Shown here in pieces: positions 27,530-37,831 of a stretch of DNA of 64,000 bases. The notes under the pieces were generated by a model that was not told the DNA's origin, made no database searches, and saw nothing but the letters and a program-made list of their open reading frames with translations. The translations under genes and the position numbers were made by a program. How positions within the stretch are numbered: the stretch's first letter is position 1; each line of letters opens with the position of its first letter. This DNA is from Deltaproteobacteria bacterium. GTDB lineage: Bacteria > Myxococcota_A > Polyangia > Fen-1088. The DNA is taken from assembly GCA_033763315.1 (NCBI GenBank), contig JANRKS010000009.1:96001-160000 (forward strand). Reading direction: 5' to 3'.

Positions 27530-28969
27530 ATGAGCAAGCTAAACGGTTTTTCTCGGAGTTTGTGGAGCGTTGGCGCTTGGGCGTGTGGGGCTTTTGTGTG
27601 TTTGGGCCTGGCGGAGGCGGCCTGGGCCAAGGCCAAACCCGTGCGGTTCATCACGTTGGCGCCTGGGCATTTTCATGCAGCCTTGGTGCAAAAGCAGATG
27701 CTGCCGCAGGTTGACCCCACCGTCACCGTTTATGCGCCGCTGGGCTTCGATCTCACGGAGCACATCAAGCGAATCGTTGGCTTTAACACGCGGGCAGAGG
27801 CACCCACGGCCTGGGGCCTCGATGTGCGAGCACAGGAAAATTACCTGTCGCTGTTCCGCAAGGAAAAGCGCGGCAGCGTCGTTGTTATCTCAGGCCGCAA
27901 CGCCGGCAAGATTGAGCTCATCGAAACGTCGGTGGATGGCGGCATGCACGTGTTGGTCGATAAGCCGTGGATCATCGAACCCGAAGACTTCGGCAAGTTG
28001 GAGCGCGTGTTGGCCAAGGCCAAACAGCGTGGGGTACTTGCGTACGACATCATGACTGAACGCTTCGAGCCAACCAATGCCCTGCAAAAGGAATTGGTCA
28101 ATGCGCCTGACGTCTTCGGCCAAATCGATCCGGGCACGGCTGCATCGCCTGGCGTGTACATCGAGAACGTGCACCACTTCATGAAGATGGTGGCCGGGCG
28201 GCCCAACATTCGCCCCACATGGTTTTTCGACAGCCGCCAACAAGGCGAGGGCATGGCCGACACCGGCACGCACTTGGTGGATCTTGTGCAGTGGACGTTG
28301 GCACCGGACCAAGCGTTGGACGCCAAGCGCGACATCGAAGTGCTGCAGGCACAACGCTGGCCCACCCCTGTGACACAAGCGCAGTTTCGCAACGTCACGG
28401 CCACCGACGGTCCCTGGCCAGCGTTCCTGACCGAGGCCGTGGTGAAAGACCAACTCAATGTGTTTGCGAACACGCAAGTCACGTACAAGTTGCGTGGCAC
28501 GTTTGTGCAAATGGCGTCGATGTGGAGTTGGGAAGCCGAAAAGGGCGGAGGCGACTGGCACTACGCCGTGTACCGAGGCACGCGTTCGACCGTGGAAATA
28601 AGGCAAGGCCGCCAACAGAAGTTCGTGCCCGAGTTGTACGTGGTGCCGCGGTCGCCCGCGGATGCAATGTCTGTGCAACAGGCTTTGCGCGCGCGCCTCG
28701 CCTCCCTGGGCGATCGCTTTGCGGGCGTTTCGTTGCAGGAGGAATCTGGAACTTTTCACGTGATCGTTCCCCAGCCTCTACGGCTTGGTCACGAAGCGCA
28801 CTTTGGCGAGGTCACGCGCAATTTCCTGGCTTACTTGAACGCACCTCGCACTTTGCCGGCATGGGAGAGCACCAATTTGTTGGCGAAGTACTGGGTGACC
28901 ACGCAGGCCACGAAGCTTTCGCGGCAAAGCGCGCCGCTTGCGGGCTTCTCGTCTAAAGCCCCGCGCTGA
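27530..28969 (+). CDS. Putative exported oxidoreductase (Gfo/Idh/MocA-related)
   Basis: Signal peptide (AWA), PGHFHAALVQK, VLVDKPW, DIMTER, THLVDL, GHEAHF. Confidence 0.7.
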   Translation: MSKLNGFSRSLWSVGAWACGAFVCLGLAEAAWAKAKPVRFITLAPGHFHAALVQKQMLPQVDPTVTVYAPLGFDLTEHIKRIVGFNTRAEAPTAWGLDVRAQENYLSLFRKEKRGSVVVISGRNAGKIELIETSVDGGMHVLVDKPWIIEPEDFGKLERVLAKAKQRGVLAYDIMTERFEPTNALQKELVNAPDVFGQIDPGTAASPGVYIENVHHFMKMVAGRPNIRPTWFFDSRQQGEGMADTGTHLVDLVQWTLAPDQALDAKRDIEVLQAQRWPTPVTQAQFRNVTATDGPWPAFLTEAVVKDQLNVFANTQVTYKLRGTFVQMASMWSWEAEKGGGDWHYAVYRGTRSTVEIRQGRQQKFVPELYVVPRSPADAMSVQQALRARLASLGDRFAGVSLQEESGTFHVIVPQPLRLGHEAHFGEVTRNFLAYLNAPRTLPAWESTNLLAKYWVTTQATKLSRQSAPLAGFSSKAPR

Positions 28970-29135
28970 CGCTGGCTTTTCGAGTTTTGACGCTTGCGAC
29001 ATGTCGCCGGGCTTCCTACACCAAGCGCGCAAATTGCAGCCCCTGCGTTAAAGGGTTTTCTTCCCCGGCAGGCCGGTGATAACCTGCCTAACACTTCAGT
29101 TCTTTGACCTGAAGATGGCTTGGAAAAACAGCGAT

Positions 29136-31307
29136 ATGCCGACGGTTCGTGAGTTTGAGCAGGCATTTGCAGACGACCCGACCCACCAGCAAGCTTTCTT
29201 GTCGTTGCGCAAAGCGTACGGCGAGAAGCAGCGGTTTGATAAACTCGTAACGCTTTACGAGTCACGGGCGCAGGCAACCACCAGCGACGAAGAGGCGGCC
29301 GACCTGTACCACCAGGCGGCCGAGCTTCGCATTGACCAATTGGCTGACGCCGCGAATGCGGAGACCGTGCTGCAATACGCGTTGCAACGGTTACCTGGTC
29401 ATCCCAAGGCCTCCGACCGGCTGCGCGCGCTTTACCGCGAGCAAGAGCGGATGAGCGATTACCTCACGATGTTGGAGGTGACGGCGGGGCAGGTGGTGGA
29501 ATCGGGCCAGCCGGATCGGCGAGCGGCGCTCAACGCCGAGCTTGGACAACTTGATCATCGTTACATTCAGCCGCTTGAGCAAACGCCGCAGGGGCAGCGT
29601 GCAGAGATCACGCCGGAGGCGCTACGCACGGTTGTGTCGGCTCGCAAGATCCACCGCGCGCTTGGCAATTGGTCGCAGGTCATGCGTATGTATGATCTTG
29701 AAGTCTCAGCCACGGCGGACGACAAACGCAAAGCCGATCTGCTCTTGGCGTGCGCAAAGCTGCTGGCGGAGAAGGCCAACGATCTACCGAACGCCGCCAT
29801 ACGCGTGGCCGAATCGATCCGATTGCGTGCAGGCGACGATCGCGCGCTTGAACTGCAAGCTTGGATTCTCTCGCAGCCGGCTTGGCAAGAGCCAAACGGC
29901 AAAGCGCGGGCTGCTGCGCTTTACCAGCAATTGGCGCGGCGGCGTCATGAAGGCGGCGACGTGGAGGGCGCCATCGGTCTGCTGCGCCGGGCGCTGACAG
30001 CGGTGCCAGGACACCCTGAATCAAGCGACGCGCTTGAGAAGATCCTGTTGTTCGCGGGCCGCTTCAAGGAGCTGGATCGGTATTACCGTGAACGCACCAC
30101 TGAAGCGCCCGACCGGGCGGCCAAGGTCGTGTGGGTGCAAAAGCGGGCCAAGCTCGCGCAAGAGCATCTCAAAGATGACGGTGAAATCTTGCGCGTGTAC
30201 GAAGAGCTGGCGGCGTTGGAGCCACCGGCAAGCGCATCGAATCAGCAGCTGGCCAAGCTTTACAGCGAGCGCCAGAACTTTGCGAAACTGGCCGAGCTGC
30301 GTGAGCGTCAACTGGCCGTCATTTCCGAGATCGACGCGCGCTTGCCCTTGCTGCGCGAGCTGGCGTCGCTTTATCGCGATCGTTTGGGTGATGCCGATCA
30401 GGCGGCTGTGTATTTGCACGCCATTTTGCAGCTGGATCCCACGGATGAAGACGCGCTCAAAGCGTATGGCGACCATTTCCGTAAACGCGGCGATTTTCAC
30501 GCCTTGGTGGATCTGCTTGAGTTCGCCGCTGACAGCGCGGCGGCGGCGGGGCCTTCAACCGCGCATGAGCCGAAGATTTCGCAATGGCTGCAAGAAGTGG
30601 CGGCTGTGGCCGAACGCAACTTGGCGGATGTGGATCGCGCGATCGGCGCTTGGCGCAAACTTGAAGATCTGGGATTCAACGTTGACCAGGCACGCGAGAC
30701 GCAAAAGCGCCTGTTGCTCAAGGAAAAGCGGTGGGAAGGCATGGCCGACCTGCTGGCGCGCGAAGCGCAAGCGGCACCCGACACGGGCAAACGCATCGAA
30801 GTTTTGCGGCGTTTGGCTCGGCATTACCAAGACAAGTTGGCCGCCAACGAAAAAGCGGTTGAAACGTACCGTCTGATCTTGTCGTTGGATCCTGCAGACG
30901 CTGCCGCGTTCCGCGCGGTCGTGGATGTGTTCGAGGCCGAACAAAATTGGCTGTCGCTGGCGGAATTGCTTCGGTCGCATGTGCCCGTCGTGCCACCAGC
31001 CGAACAGGTGACCTTGCTGCGGCGTTTGGCGGGCCTCTATTCAGAACAGCTGGGGCGCCCACAAGATGCAACGTGGGCAGCCGAGCAGATCCTGGCGTTG
31101 GTGCCGGGCGACCGCGACGCTTACTTCCGCTTAGAAGACAATTTGGAAGCCGCAGGGGATCTGCCGCGGCTCGCGCAAGTGCTGGTTGATCACGCTGCGA
31201 CGGTTTCAAGAACCGACAAGCCTGTGTTGATCGCGCGCGCGGCGCGCATCACGCAAGACGACCTTGAGCAGTCTCGCCGCCGCACCGCTGTGGGAGCAGG
31301 TGCTTGA
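29136..31307 (+). CDS. Giant TPR protein, N-terminal part (frameshifted)
   Basis: Continuous TPR-like helical repeats until ~31275, where the repeat continues in the +1 frame. Confidence 0.75.
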   Translation: MPTVREFEQAFADDPTHQQAFLSLRKAYGEKQRFDKLVTLYESRAQATTSDEEAADLYHQAAELRIDQLADAANAETVLQYALQRLPGHPKASDRLRALYREQERMSDYLTMLEVTAGQVVESGQPDRRAALNAELGQLDHRYIQPLEQTPQGQRAEITPEALRTVVSARKIHRALGNWSQVMRMYDLEVSATADDKRKADLLLACAKLLAEKANDLPNAAIRVAESIRLRAGDDRALELQAWILSQPAWQEPNGKARAAALYQQLARRRHEGGDVEGAIGLLRRALTAVPGHPESSDALEKILLFAGRFKELDRYYRERTTEAPDRAAKVVWVQKRAKLAQEHLKDDGEILRVYEELAALEPPASASNQQLAKLYSERQNFAKLAELRERQLAVISEIDARLPLLRELASLYRDRLGDADQAAVYLHAILQLDPTDEDALKAYGDHFRKRGDFHALVDLLEFAADSAAAAGPSTAHEPKISQWLQEVAAVAERNLADVDRAIGAWRKLEDLGFNVDQARETQKRLLLKEKRWEGMADLLAREAQAAPDTGKRIEVLRRLARHYQDKLAANEKAVETYRLILSLDPADAAAFRAVVDVFEAEQNWLSLAELLRSHVPVVPPAEQVTLLRRLAGLYSEQLGRPQDATWAAEQILALVPGDRDAYFRLEDNLEAAGDLPRLAQVLVDHAATVSRTDKPVLIARAARITQDDLEQSRRRTAVGAGA

Positions 31308-34300
31308 GTTATCGCCTTACGATCCCGCCTCCTTGTTTGCTTTGGCGAAGATCTACACAGAGCTTGAGCGCGCCGCAGATCTGGCCCGCATTCTTGAGCT
31401 GCAAATTGCCCAGGCCGCTGACGATCCTGGCACACAGGTGGCGGCCTTGCGTCGGTTGGCCGAGGTGTGCACAGAACACCTGGCAGACGACGAACGTGCG
31501 TTGCTTGCGTGGGAACGCCTCCTGGCGTTGGTGCCTGAGGATCCTGAAGCGCTGCGAGCCTCGTGTGACCTTTACCGCGAGCGTGGCGACTTCTCCCGCT
31601 TGGCCGACGCGTTGGGCAGGCAAGTGGCTGTGCTTGGCGATCCCGCAGCGGCTGTGGCCTTAAGCCTTGAGCGTGCGCACGTGCTCGAAGTGCGTCTTGC
31701 GCGGCCCTCTGAAGCGATCGAAGTGCTTGAGCAGGTTGTCGACGGCCTGGATCCACACAACGTCACGGCGTTTGCGCACTTGCGCCGCTTGGCCGAAGCG
31801 CAAGAGGATTGGCAAAAGGTTGTGACTGTGGCTGAGCGGCAAATGCTGCTGAACGAAAGCCACGAAGATAAGGTGCAAACGGCGATGGAGATCGCCGTGA
31901 TTCACCGCGATCGCCTGGGCGATCCTGACAAAGCGATTGCGTCTTACGAACGCGTGCTTGGCATGGATGCCGCTCACAGGCCTGCGCTGCAGGCGCTGGC
32001 TGAACTTTATGCGATGGCCGGAGAGGCTGAGCGGTTGGTGGCCACAAATGAGAAACTGCTAACGCTTACCGATTCGCCACACGAGCGGCGGCAGTTGATG
32101 TTCACCATCGCCGACGCGCTAGAGAGCAGCTTGTCGGCGCCGCGCAAAGCGTTTGCGTGGGTGGCCAAAGCCCACGCGGAAAGCGAAGACGAACAGACGT
32201 GGGCCCGCTTGCAGGCTTTGGCCGAAACCCACAGCTTGTGGGACGATCTCATTCGCGTGCATGAAAATGAACGCGCGCGCGCCACAACGCCTGGCGAACA
32301 AGTGGAAGTGGCCCAGAAGATCGCGAACATTTACGAGACGCGGCTTGGCGCCGGCGGGCGTGCGTTTACGGTGCTTCGGGACGCCTTGGTGGCCGAGCCC
32401 GATGGTGAGACTTTACTGCCTGAGCTTGAACGATTGGCTGCGGCCGAGAAGCATTGGCAAGCTCTGCTTGACGTTTACATGCGCGTGGCGCGGGGGCGTC
32501 CCTCGCTGGCAGCGCGCGCCGATCTATTGTTCCGTCGCGCCTCCGTGTTCGAGGAGCGACTGGGCGATCCTTCCGCCGCGATGGACGAATGGCTGCGTCG
32601 TTTTGGCTTGGATCCGTCTGACGCGAAGGCGCGTGAAGAGATCATGCGGCTGTCGCAACGTACGGGGCGTTGGGAAGACGCGCTGAAGGTCTATGGGCAG
32701 CTATTTGCCCGCGCGGTTGATCCCGAGCACAAGGTAGATCTCGCCAAACAAGCGGCCGCGATCGTTGAAGAGCGGGTCAAAGATCGGGTGCGTGCCTTCC
32801 GTGCGTACTTGAACGCTTTCCGTTTGGCCCCCGACGATCAAGAGATCGTGGGGCACCTGTGGCGTTTGGCTGGTTTGATCGGCTTTTTCGACGCTGATGC
32901 AAGGCGGGCCGCGAACCTTGTTCCTGAGCTTGTGGTGGAAGCGGTGGGGCGCCAAAGCAACCCTGACGCCACGATGCACCTTGTGCTCAGTGATGCATCC
33001 ACTTCAGGCGCCTTTGCCGACGCCATAGTTGAAGACGTCACCGACACGTTGACGTTGGACGACGCTGAAGAAGTGCGCGATCCTGCAGATCTAAAGACAG
33101 CGCCGCCACCGCCGCCACCGAAACCCATGGCGCCGCCACCCACCCCGGGGGCCCCGTCGATGTTGGGCCGCCAAGCCTTTGAATCCGCTTGGGCCGAGTT
33201 GGCGAACGCGTACTCGGTTTTGCCCGCGCTCGACAATGCCACCCGTCGGCGGAATCTGCTGAAAATCGCAGAGATCTGGGAAAAGGGCGCGCAGGATCTT
33301 CCCAAGGCCTTCGAAGCTCTGGCGCGTGCATTCGCGCTTGATCCATTCGACGCGCAGGTGCGGCAAGAGCTTGAGCGCCTGGCCGAGGAGCGCAAAGCGT
33401 GGGACGAACTTTGCCGCATCTACCTGGGCGCCATCGATTCGTCGATGCCCGCGGACGACGCTGTATCGATCCACCACGATGTGGCCGCGTTCCGTGAACG
33501 CCTGGGGCAGCGCGAGCTGGCGGAGGAGCGATACCTGGCGATCGTGAATCTGGAGCCGCTTGATCGTAAGGCGCTTGATCAGCTGGAAGACATTTACCGA
33601 TCGCAATCGCGTTGGGATGCTTTGGCGCCCCTGCTCGAACGCCGCCGGCACGAAGCGCCGCTTGAAGCGTCGTTGCGTCGGGCCAAGGCTGTGGAGCTGG
33701 CTTCGCTTTACGAACGCCATCTTGATCGCCCGTACGAAGCGATCGACACGCTGCAACGATACTTGTCTGAGTTCGATGACGAACCGGCGGGACCTGAAGA
33801 CACGTCACGCATGGCTGAGCTGCGTTTGGTGTTGGATAACCTCGCGCGTTTGTATGGGCGCGTGAACCTGTGGCAGAAAGCCGCTCTAGCCACACAGCGA
33901 AGTTTGGATCTGGAGGCAGACAGCGCTGAACGTAAACGTTTGGCTTTGGCGCTGGCCACCATCTATGAGAAGGAACTGGCCCAGCCAGCGAAGGCCGCCG
34001 ATACCTTCAAAGCGATGCTCGACGAGCGGCCAGGCGATCCTGACGCTTTGGCCGCACTCGAGCGGTTGTGCGAGGCCTTGGGCCGCTACGAAGAATTGTC
34101 CAGCGTGCTTGAACAACGCATCGCCGTAACCACGGGGCCTGAAAAGTTGGCCTTGGTCAAGCGCCGGTCTCGCGTGCTTGAAGAGCGCCTGCGCAATCCG
34201 GACGCGGCGGCGGCGAATTTGCGTGGTTTGGGCACCGAGATGCTTGACGACGACGAGATCGCCGGCGCGTTGTTGCGCAACCTGCGCCGCGCCGGCCTTG

Positions 34301-37113
34301 GGCATGAGGCCTTGCGTCTACTTTCTCAGCGCGTGGAGCGCCTCACGGAAAACAAGGCTGAGCCTGGGCGTGTCTTGCAGTTGCATTTGGATTCGGCACG
34401 CTTGCGTCTCGATGATCTAGACGACGCTGCGGGCGCGAAGCTGAGCCTACAGGAGGCGCTCAAGCTTTCTCCCGGCCACACAGAAACGCTGGGGCTGCTT
34501 GCGAAGGTACACCTGAAGAACGGTGATTTTGCGGCGTTCGCCGAAGCTCGCGCGCAAGAAGCCGAAAGCTTGGGCCCTGTGCCGGAAGCGGCCGTGGCCT
34601 TTGTGGAAGCCGGTCGCGTGTACCGCGATCAACTGGAAGACAAAGGCACCGCACAAACAATGTTCGCCAAAGCGCTGCGGCTGTCGCCCGACAACGTGGA
34701 CGCCGTGCGCGCGCTTGCGTCGTTGTACGAAGAAATGGCGCAGGCCGATTCCGCTCAAGCCACCTTGCGGGCGTTTTTGGAACTCGAAGTGCCACCCCGC
34801 GACCGCGCGTTTGTGCTCACGGATCTGGCCCGTTCGGTGTGGAAGTCGGCCAGCGATGTGGCGCTTGCCGTGGCACTGCTTGAAAGCGCCATCGATCTGG
34901 CGCCCGATCACCAGCCGGCTCTGGTGGCGTTGGCTGACATTCATTACCAAGAGCAGCAGTGGGAGTTGGCTGAACGCCGCTTGCTGCAAGCGTTGCGGCG
35001 CCTAAAGCCCGACACCGAGGGTGGTGAGTTGCTGTTCGAACGGTTGGCGGAAGTTTATGAACGCCTCGGCCGGGCGGATGACGGCTATCGCCAATTGCAA
35101 GAGGCTGAAAAACGCGATCCAGCTCGCTTGTCTTTGCGCATCGCTTTGGGGCGTAATCGTTTCTTGGCGCGCAAGTGGCGCGAAGCTGCGTCTCACCTTG
35201 AAAACGTGGACGCGCATCCCGAAGCGAAGTCGCGCCCTTCGGAGGTGGCGGAGGCCCTGGCAATGGCTGGTGAAAGTTGCACCAAGTTAAAGCAAAACGA
35301 CAAGGCGCGGGGTTTACTCGAACGTGCCTTGCAGCAGCTGCCCACAGAGCCGCGGGCTTTGCGACTGCTCGCCAGTTTGGAAATGGAAAACGGCCAGTTG
35401 GATGAGGCGGCTGCGCATTTGCGCGAGCTTGCGGTGGATGCGGCCACGGCGCCTGAGAAAGCCGCACTGCTTGAACACCTGGGAGATCTGTTCACGAAGG
35501 CAAACAACAAGGACGGCGCGCGGGCCAGCTACGAAGCCGCCGTGGCGCTCATCGATGCGCCCACGCAGTCACAGCTTGGCCTGTTCGATAAGGCGTTGGC
35601 CTTACAGAACGCCGCCGGTGCGGTCGCCCAAGCCGCCGAGACAGCGGCGCGCTTGATCGGCCTTGAGGCGGATCCAAAACAGCGCGCCAAACGTCGTCGT
35701 GAAGCCGCCGCCACTTTGCTTCAACACAACCAATTGCCCAAGGCCGCCGAGCTTCTGGCGGCATGCTTGGACGACGATGCCACCGATGAGGTGGCACTGG
35801 CGTCGCTTGTCGAAGTGCAAGACAAGCTCGGCGAGCCGCAGGCTTGTTTGTTCCGGCTCGAACGTATCTTGCCAACGTTATCGCCACCGGCCGATAAGTC
35901 GCAAGCGCGTGCACGGCGTGTGATGTTGTGGCACCGCTTGGGCAAGCTTCGCTTGAACACGTCCACCGAAGGCGCGCGGCAGGCGTTTGAGGAAGTGTTG
36001 AAGATCGATCCGGGGCACGTGGCGTCGCGGGACGCTTTGTCACAGCTTTATTCGGACGTCGATGCGGATGTCACCGTGACCAACCATCGGGCGTTGGCGG
36101 CGGCCGACCCCACCCGCAGCGAGTCCTTGCGGTTGGTGGCGCATGTGTTCGAGCAGCAGGGAAAAACCGACTGGGCGCGCTGCACGTTGGAGGTTTTGGA
36201 TGTGCTTGGTTTGGCTTCGCCCGAAGATCAAGCCTTCTTGGCCGCGCACCCCACGCCAACGCTTAAACCTGATGAACCTTACGGCGGCGTGATCGACGAA
36301 GCGCTCCGCAAACGCTGTTTGGTTCCCGAAGCGGGCGCCACGTTGGCTGAGGTGTTTTCCACGATGTGGGAAGGCGGCCTTGAGTTCGATGGCACCACGC
36401 TCGAATCGCTCGGCGTTTCACCCGATGAGAAGATTTCGCCGTTATCGGAACAAGATCTCGCCAAGGTGTTTGGCCAGGTGTGCAAGGCGCTGGACAACCA
36501 GAAGCCAGGCTTGTTTGTGGCGTGGGATCCACAAGTGGTTCACATGCAGATCGCTGTGTCGCGACCGCCGGCGGTGGTGGTTCCGTCGTTGTTGGCGGCT
36601 GATGGTGGCCCTGCGGAAGTGCGTTTTTGGTTGGGCCGCACGCTTGAGCTCACGCGCCCAGAGAACATCTTGGCCGCCACGGTCGCGCCGCGCGCGTTTT
36701 CGCATTTGTTTGGCAGTGTGCTCAAGGCGTTTCACCCGCGGCACGCGCGCAGGCGCGGCAACGACAGCGCCGCTGACGCCACCGCGCGGTTGCGCAAGGC
36801 CTTGCCGTATCGTGTGGCCAAACGCCTGGGCGAGCTGTTCACACAAATGGCGGATGAGCCGTTTTCATCCGCACGGTGGCGCGACGTTGTGGAAGGCGTG
36901 GGTAACAGGGCGGGTCTCGTGTGCTGTGGCGATCTAGCCACCGCGGCGCGCGCTGTGCTGGCCCCCGCGCTCGAAAAGCCCGCGGCGCAAATCACCGCTG
37001 ATGAATTGCGCGCGTTCGCAACCAAGCACGGGCCGCTGCGTGAGCTTTTGCGCTTTGCTCAAACCGAGCAGCACTTCGCCTTGCGCGAGCGCCTGGGCCT
37101 GGCGTCGCGCTAG
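31264..37113 (+). CDS. Giant TPR protein, C-terminal part (AgmK/GltI-like architecture)
   Basis: Many TPR-like repeats, Pro-rich linker, C-terminal RAGL..CGDL..A / LR..LGL domain; no convincing independent start. Confidence 0.85.
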   Translation: MSSLAAAPLWEQVLELSPYDPASLFALAKIYTELERAADLARILELQIAQAADDPGTQVAALRRLAEVCTEHLADDERALLAWERLLALVPEDPEALRASCDLYRERGDFSRLADALGRQVAVLGDPAAAVALSLERAHVLEVRLARPSEAIEVLEQVVDGLDPHNVTAFAHLRRLAEAQEDWQKVVTVAERQMLLNESHEDKVQTAMEIAVIHRDRLGDPDKAIASYERVLGMDAAHRPALQALAELYAMAGEAERLVATNEKLLTLTDSPHERRQLMFTIADALESSLSAPRKAFAWVAKAHAESEDEQTWARLQALAETHSLWDDLIRVHENERARATTPGEQVEVAQKIANIYETRLGAGGRAFTVLRDALVAEPDGETLLPELERLAAAEKHWQALLDVYMRVARGRPSLAARADLLFRRASVFEERLGDPSAAMDEWLRRFGLDPSDAKAREEIMRLSQRTGRWEDALKVYGQLFARAVDPEHKVDLAKQAAAIVEERVKDRVRAFRAYLNAFRLAPDDQEIVGHLWRLAGLIGFFDADARRAANLVPELVVEAVGRQSNPDATMHLVLSDASTSGAFADAIVEDVTDTLTLDDAEEVRDPADLKTAPPPPPPKPMAPPPTPGAPSMLGRQAFESAWAELANAYSVLPALDNATRRRNLLKIAEIWEKGAQDLPKAFEALARAFALDPFDAQVRQELERLAEERKAWDELCRIYLGAIDSSMPADDAVSIHHDVAAFRERLGQRELAEERYLAIVNLEPLDRKALDQLEDIYRSQSRWDALAPLLERRRHEAPLEASLRRAKAVELASLYERHLDRPYEAIDTLQRYLSEFDDEPAGPEDTSRMAELRLVLDNLARLYGRVNLWQKAALATQRSLDLEADSAERKRLALALATIYEKELAQPAKAADTFKAMLDERPGDPDALAALERLCEALGRYEELSSVLEQRIAVTTGPEKLALVKRRSRVLEERLRNPDAAAANLRGLGTEMLDDDEIAGALLRNLRRAGLGHEALRLLSQRVERLTENKAEPGRVLQLHLDSARLRLDDLDDAAGAKLSLQEALKLSPGHTETLGLLAKVHLKNGDFAAFAEARAQEAESLGPVPEAAVAFVEAGRVYRDQLEDKGTAQTMFAKALRLSPDNVDAVRALASLYEEMAQADSAQATLRAFLELEVPPRDRAFVLTDLARSVWKSASDVALAVALLESAIDLAPDHQPALVALADIHYQEQQWELAERRLLQALRRLKPDTEGGELLFERLAEVYERLGRADDGYRQLQEAEKRDPARLSLRIALGRNRFLARKWREAASHLENVDAHPEAKSRPSEVAEALAMAGESCTKLKQNDKARGLLERALQQLPTEPRALRLLASLEMENGQLDEAAAHLRELAVDAATAPEKAALLEHLGDLFTKANNKDGARASYEAAVALIDAPTQSQLGLFDKALALQNAAGAVAQAAETAARLIGLEADPKQRAKRRREAAATLLQHNQLPKAAELLAACLDDDATDEVALASLVEVQDKLGEPQACLFRLERILPTLSPPADKSQARARRVMLWHRLGKLRLNTSTEGARQAFEEVLKIDPGHVASRDALSQLYSDVDADVTVTNHRALAAADPTRSESLRLVAHVFEQQGKTDWARCTLEVLDVLGLASPEDQAFLAAHPTPTLKPDEPYGGVIDEALRKRCLVPEAGATLAEVFSTMWEGGLEFDGTTLESLGVSPDEKISPLSEQDLAKVFGQVCKALDNQKPGLFVAWDPQVVHMQIAVSRPPAVVVPSLLAADGGPAEVRFWLGRTLELTRPENILAATVAPRAFSHLFGSVLKAFHPRHARRRGNDSAADATARLRKALPYRVAKRLGELFTQMADEPFSSARWRDVVEGVGNRAGLVCCGDLATAARAVLAPALEKPAAQITADELRAFATKHGPLRELLRFAQTEQHFALRERLGLASR

Positions 37114-37120
37114 TCGTGGG

Positions 37121-37831
37121 TTAGTTGCCCAGGCCGCCCGTTGTTTTGGGTGGCGTGGTCGGTGGCGAGGTGCTGCCGCCCCCGCCGTCAGGCGACAACA
37201 CACCTGTGCATTCGGGCAAATCGGCCAATTCGCCGTTGGGAAACAGCGCCGTACATGCCAGCGTTTTCGTTTGTTGAACGCAGGCGGCGTAGCTGGCCGA
37301 AACCCCCTTCACTTCAGAGCATTCGGCTTCGGCGATAAGCACGTCGGAACAATCGGCCACGAGGGCGGCGCCTTCCGCGGCGGTGGCAGGTTTGCTCACG
37401 CATTCCACAAGACGTTCACACGTGGCGGTGATCAAATCCTCACACTGCTTTTCGGCTGCGGTTTTTGCGAAAGTTAAGATGCCACCGCAACTGGTCGGCA
37501 AATCAAGATCCCTGGCGGGGAACAGCGATTCGCAACTGAGAGCGCCGATGTCTTTCGCGCAAGCCGAGACGCCCGCATCAACCATCTCCACCCTGGCGCA
37601 CAGACCCGCATCGGTGAGGCTGAACATGCATGGGCTTGTGGGTGCCGTTTTCAGACATTCATGCTCACGTGCACACAGCACATCGCTGAGCGCCTTGCAC
37701 TTCTCCACGGGGGTTTGGGCTGCGGCCACTTTCTGTTCGGGGGTTCGGGCCGCACTGCCACCGCCCTCACAGGCGACGGCGACGCAAGCCAATGCACCTA
37801 GAATCCATGGCACGCCATTGCCCGCTTTCAT
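37121..37831 (-). CDS. Cys-rich lipoprotein with two tandem ~85-aa modules
   Basis: Lipobox VAVAC; duplicated C-x7-C-x5-C...AC......L.C..LFP...C pattern; ATGA overlap with upstream gene. Confidence 0.7.
   Translation of the reverse strand: MKAGNGVPWILGALACVAVACEGGGSAARTPEQKVAAAQTPVEKCKALSDVLCAREHECLKTAPTSPCMFSLTDAGLCARVEMVDAGVSACAKDIGALSCESLFPARDLDLPTSCGGILTFAKTAAEKQCEDLITATCERLVECVSKPATAAEGAALVADCSDVLIAEAECSEVKGVSASYAACVQQTKTLACTALFPNGELADLPECTGVLSPDGGGGSTSPPTTPPKTTGGLGN

Noticed and set aside
31264-31307. Programmed ribosomal frameshift or stop read-through
   Set aside because: No slippery heptamer; read-through would not restore the frame; repeat spacing favours a simple 2-nt deletion
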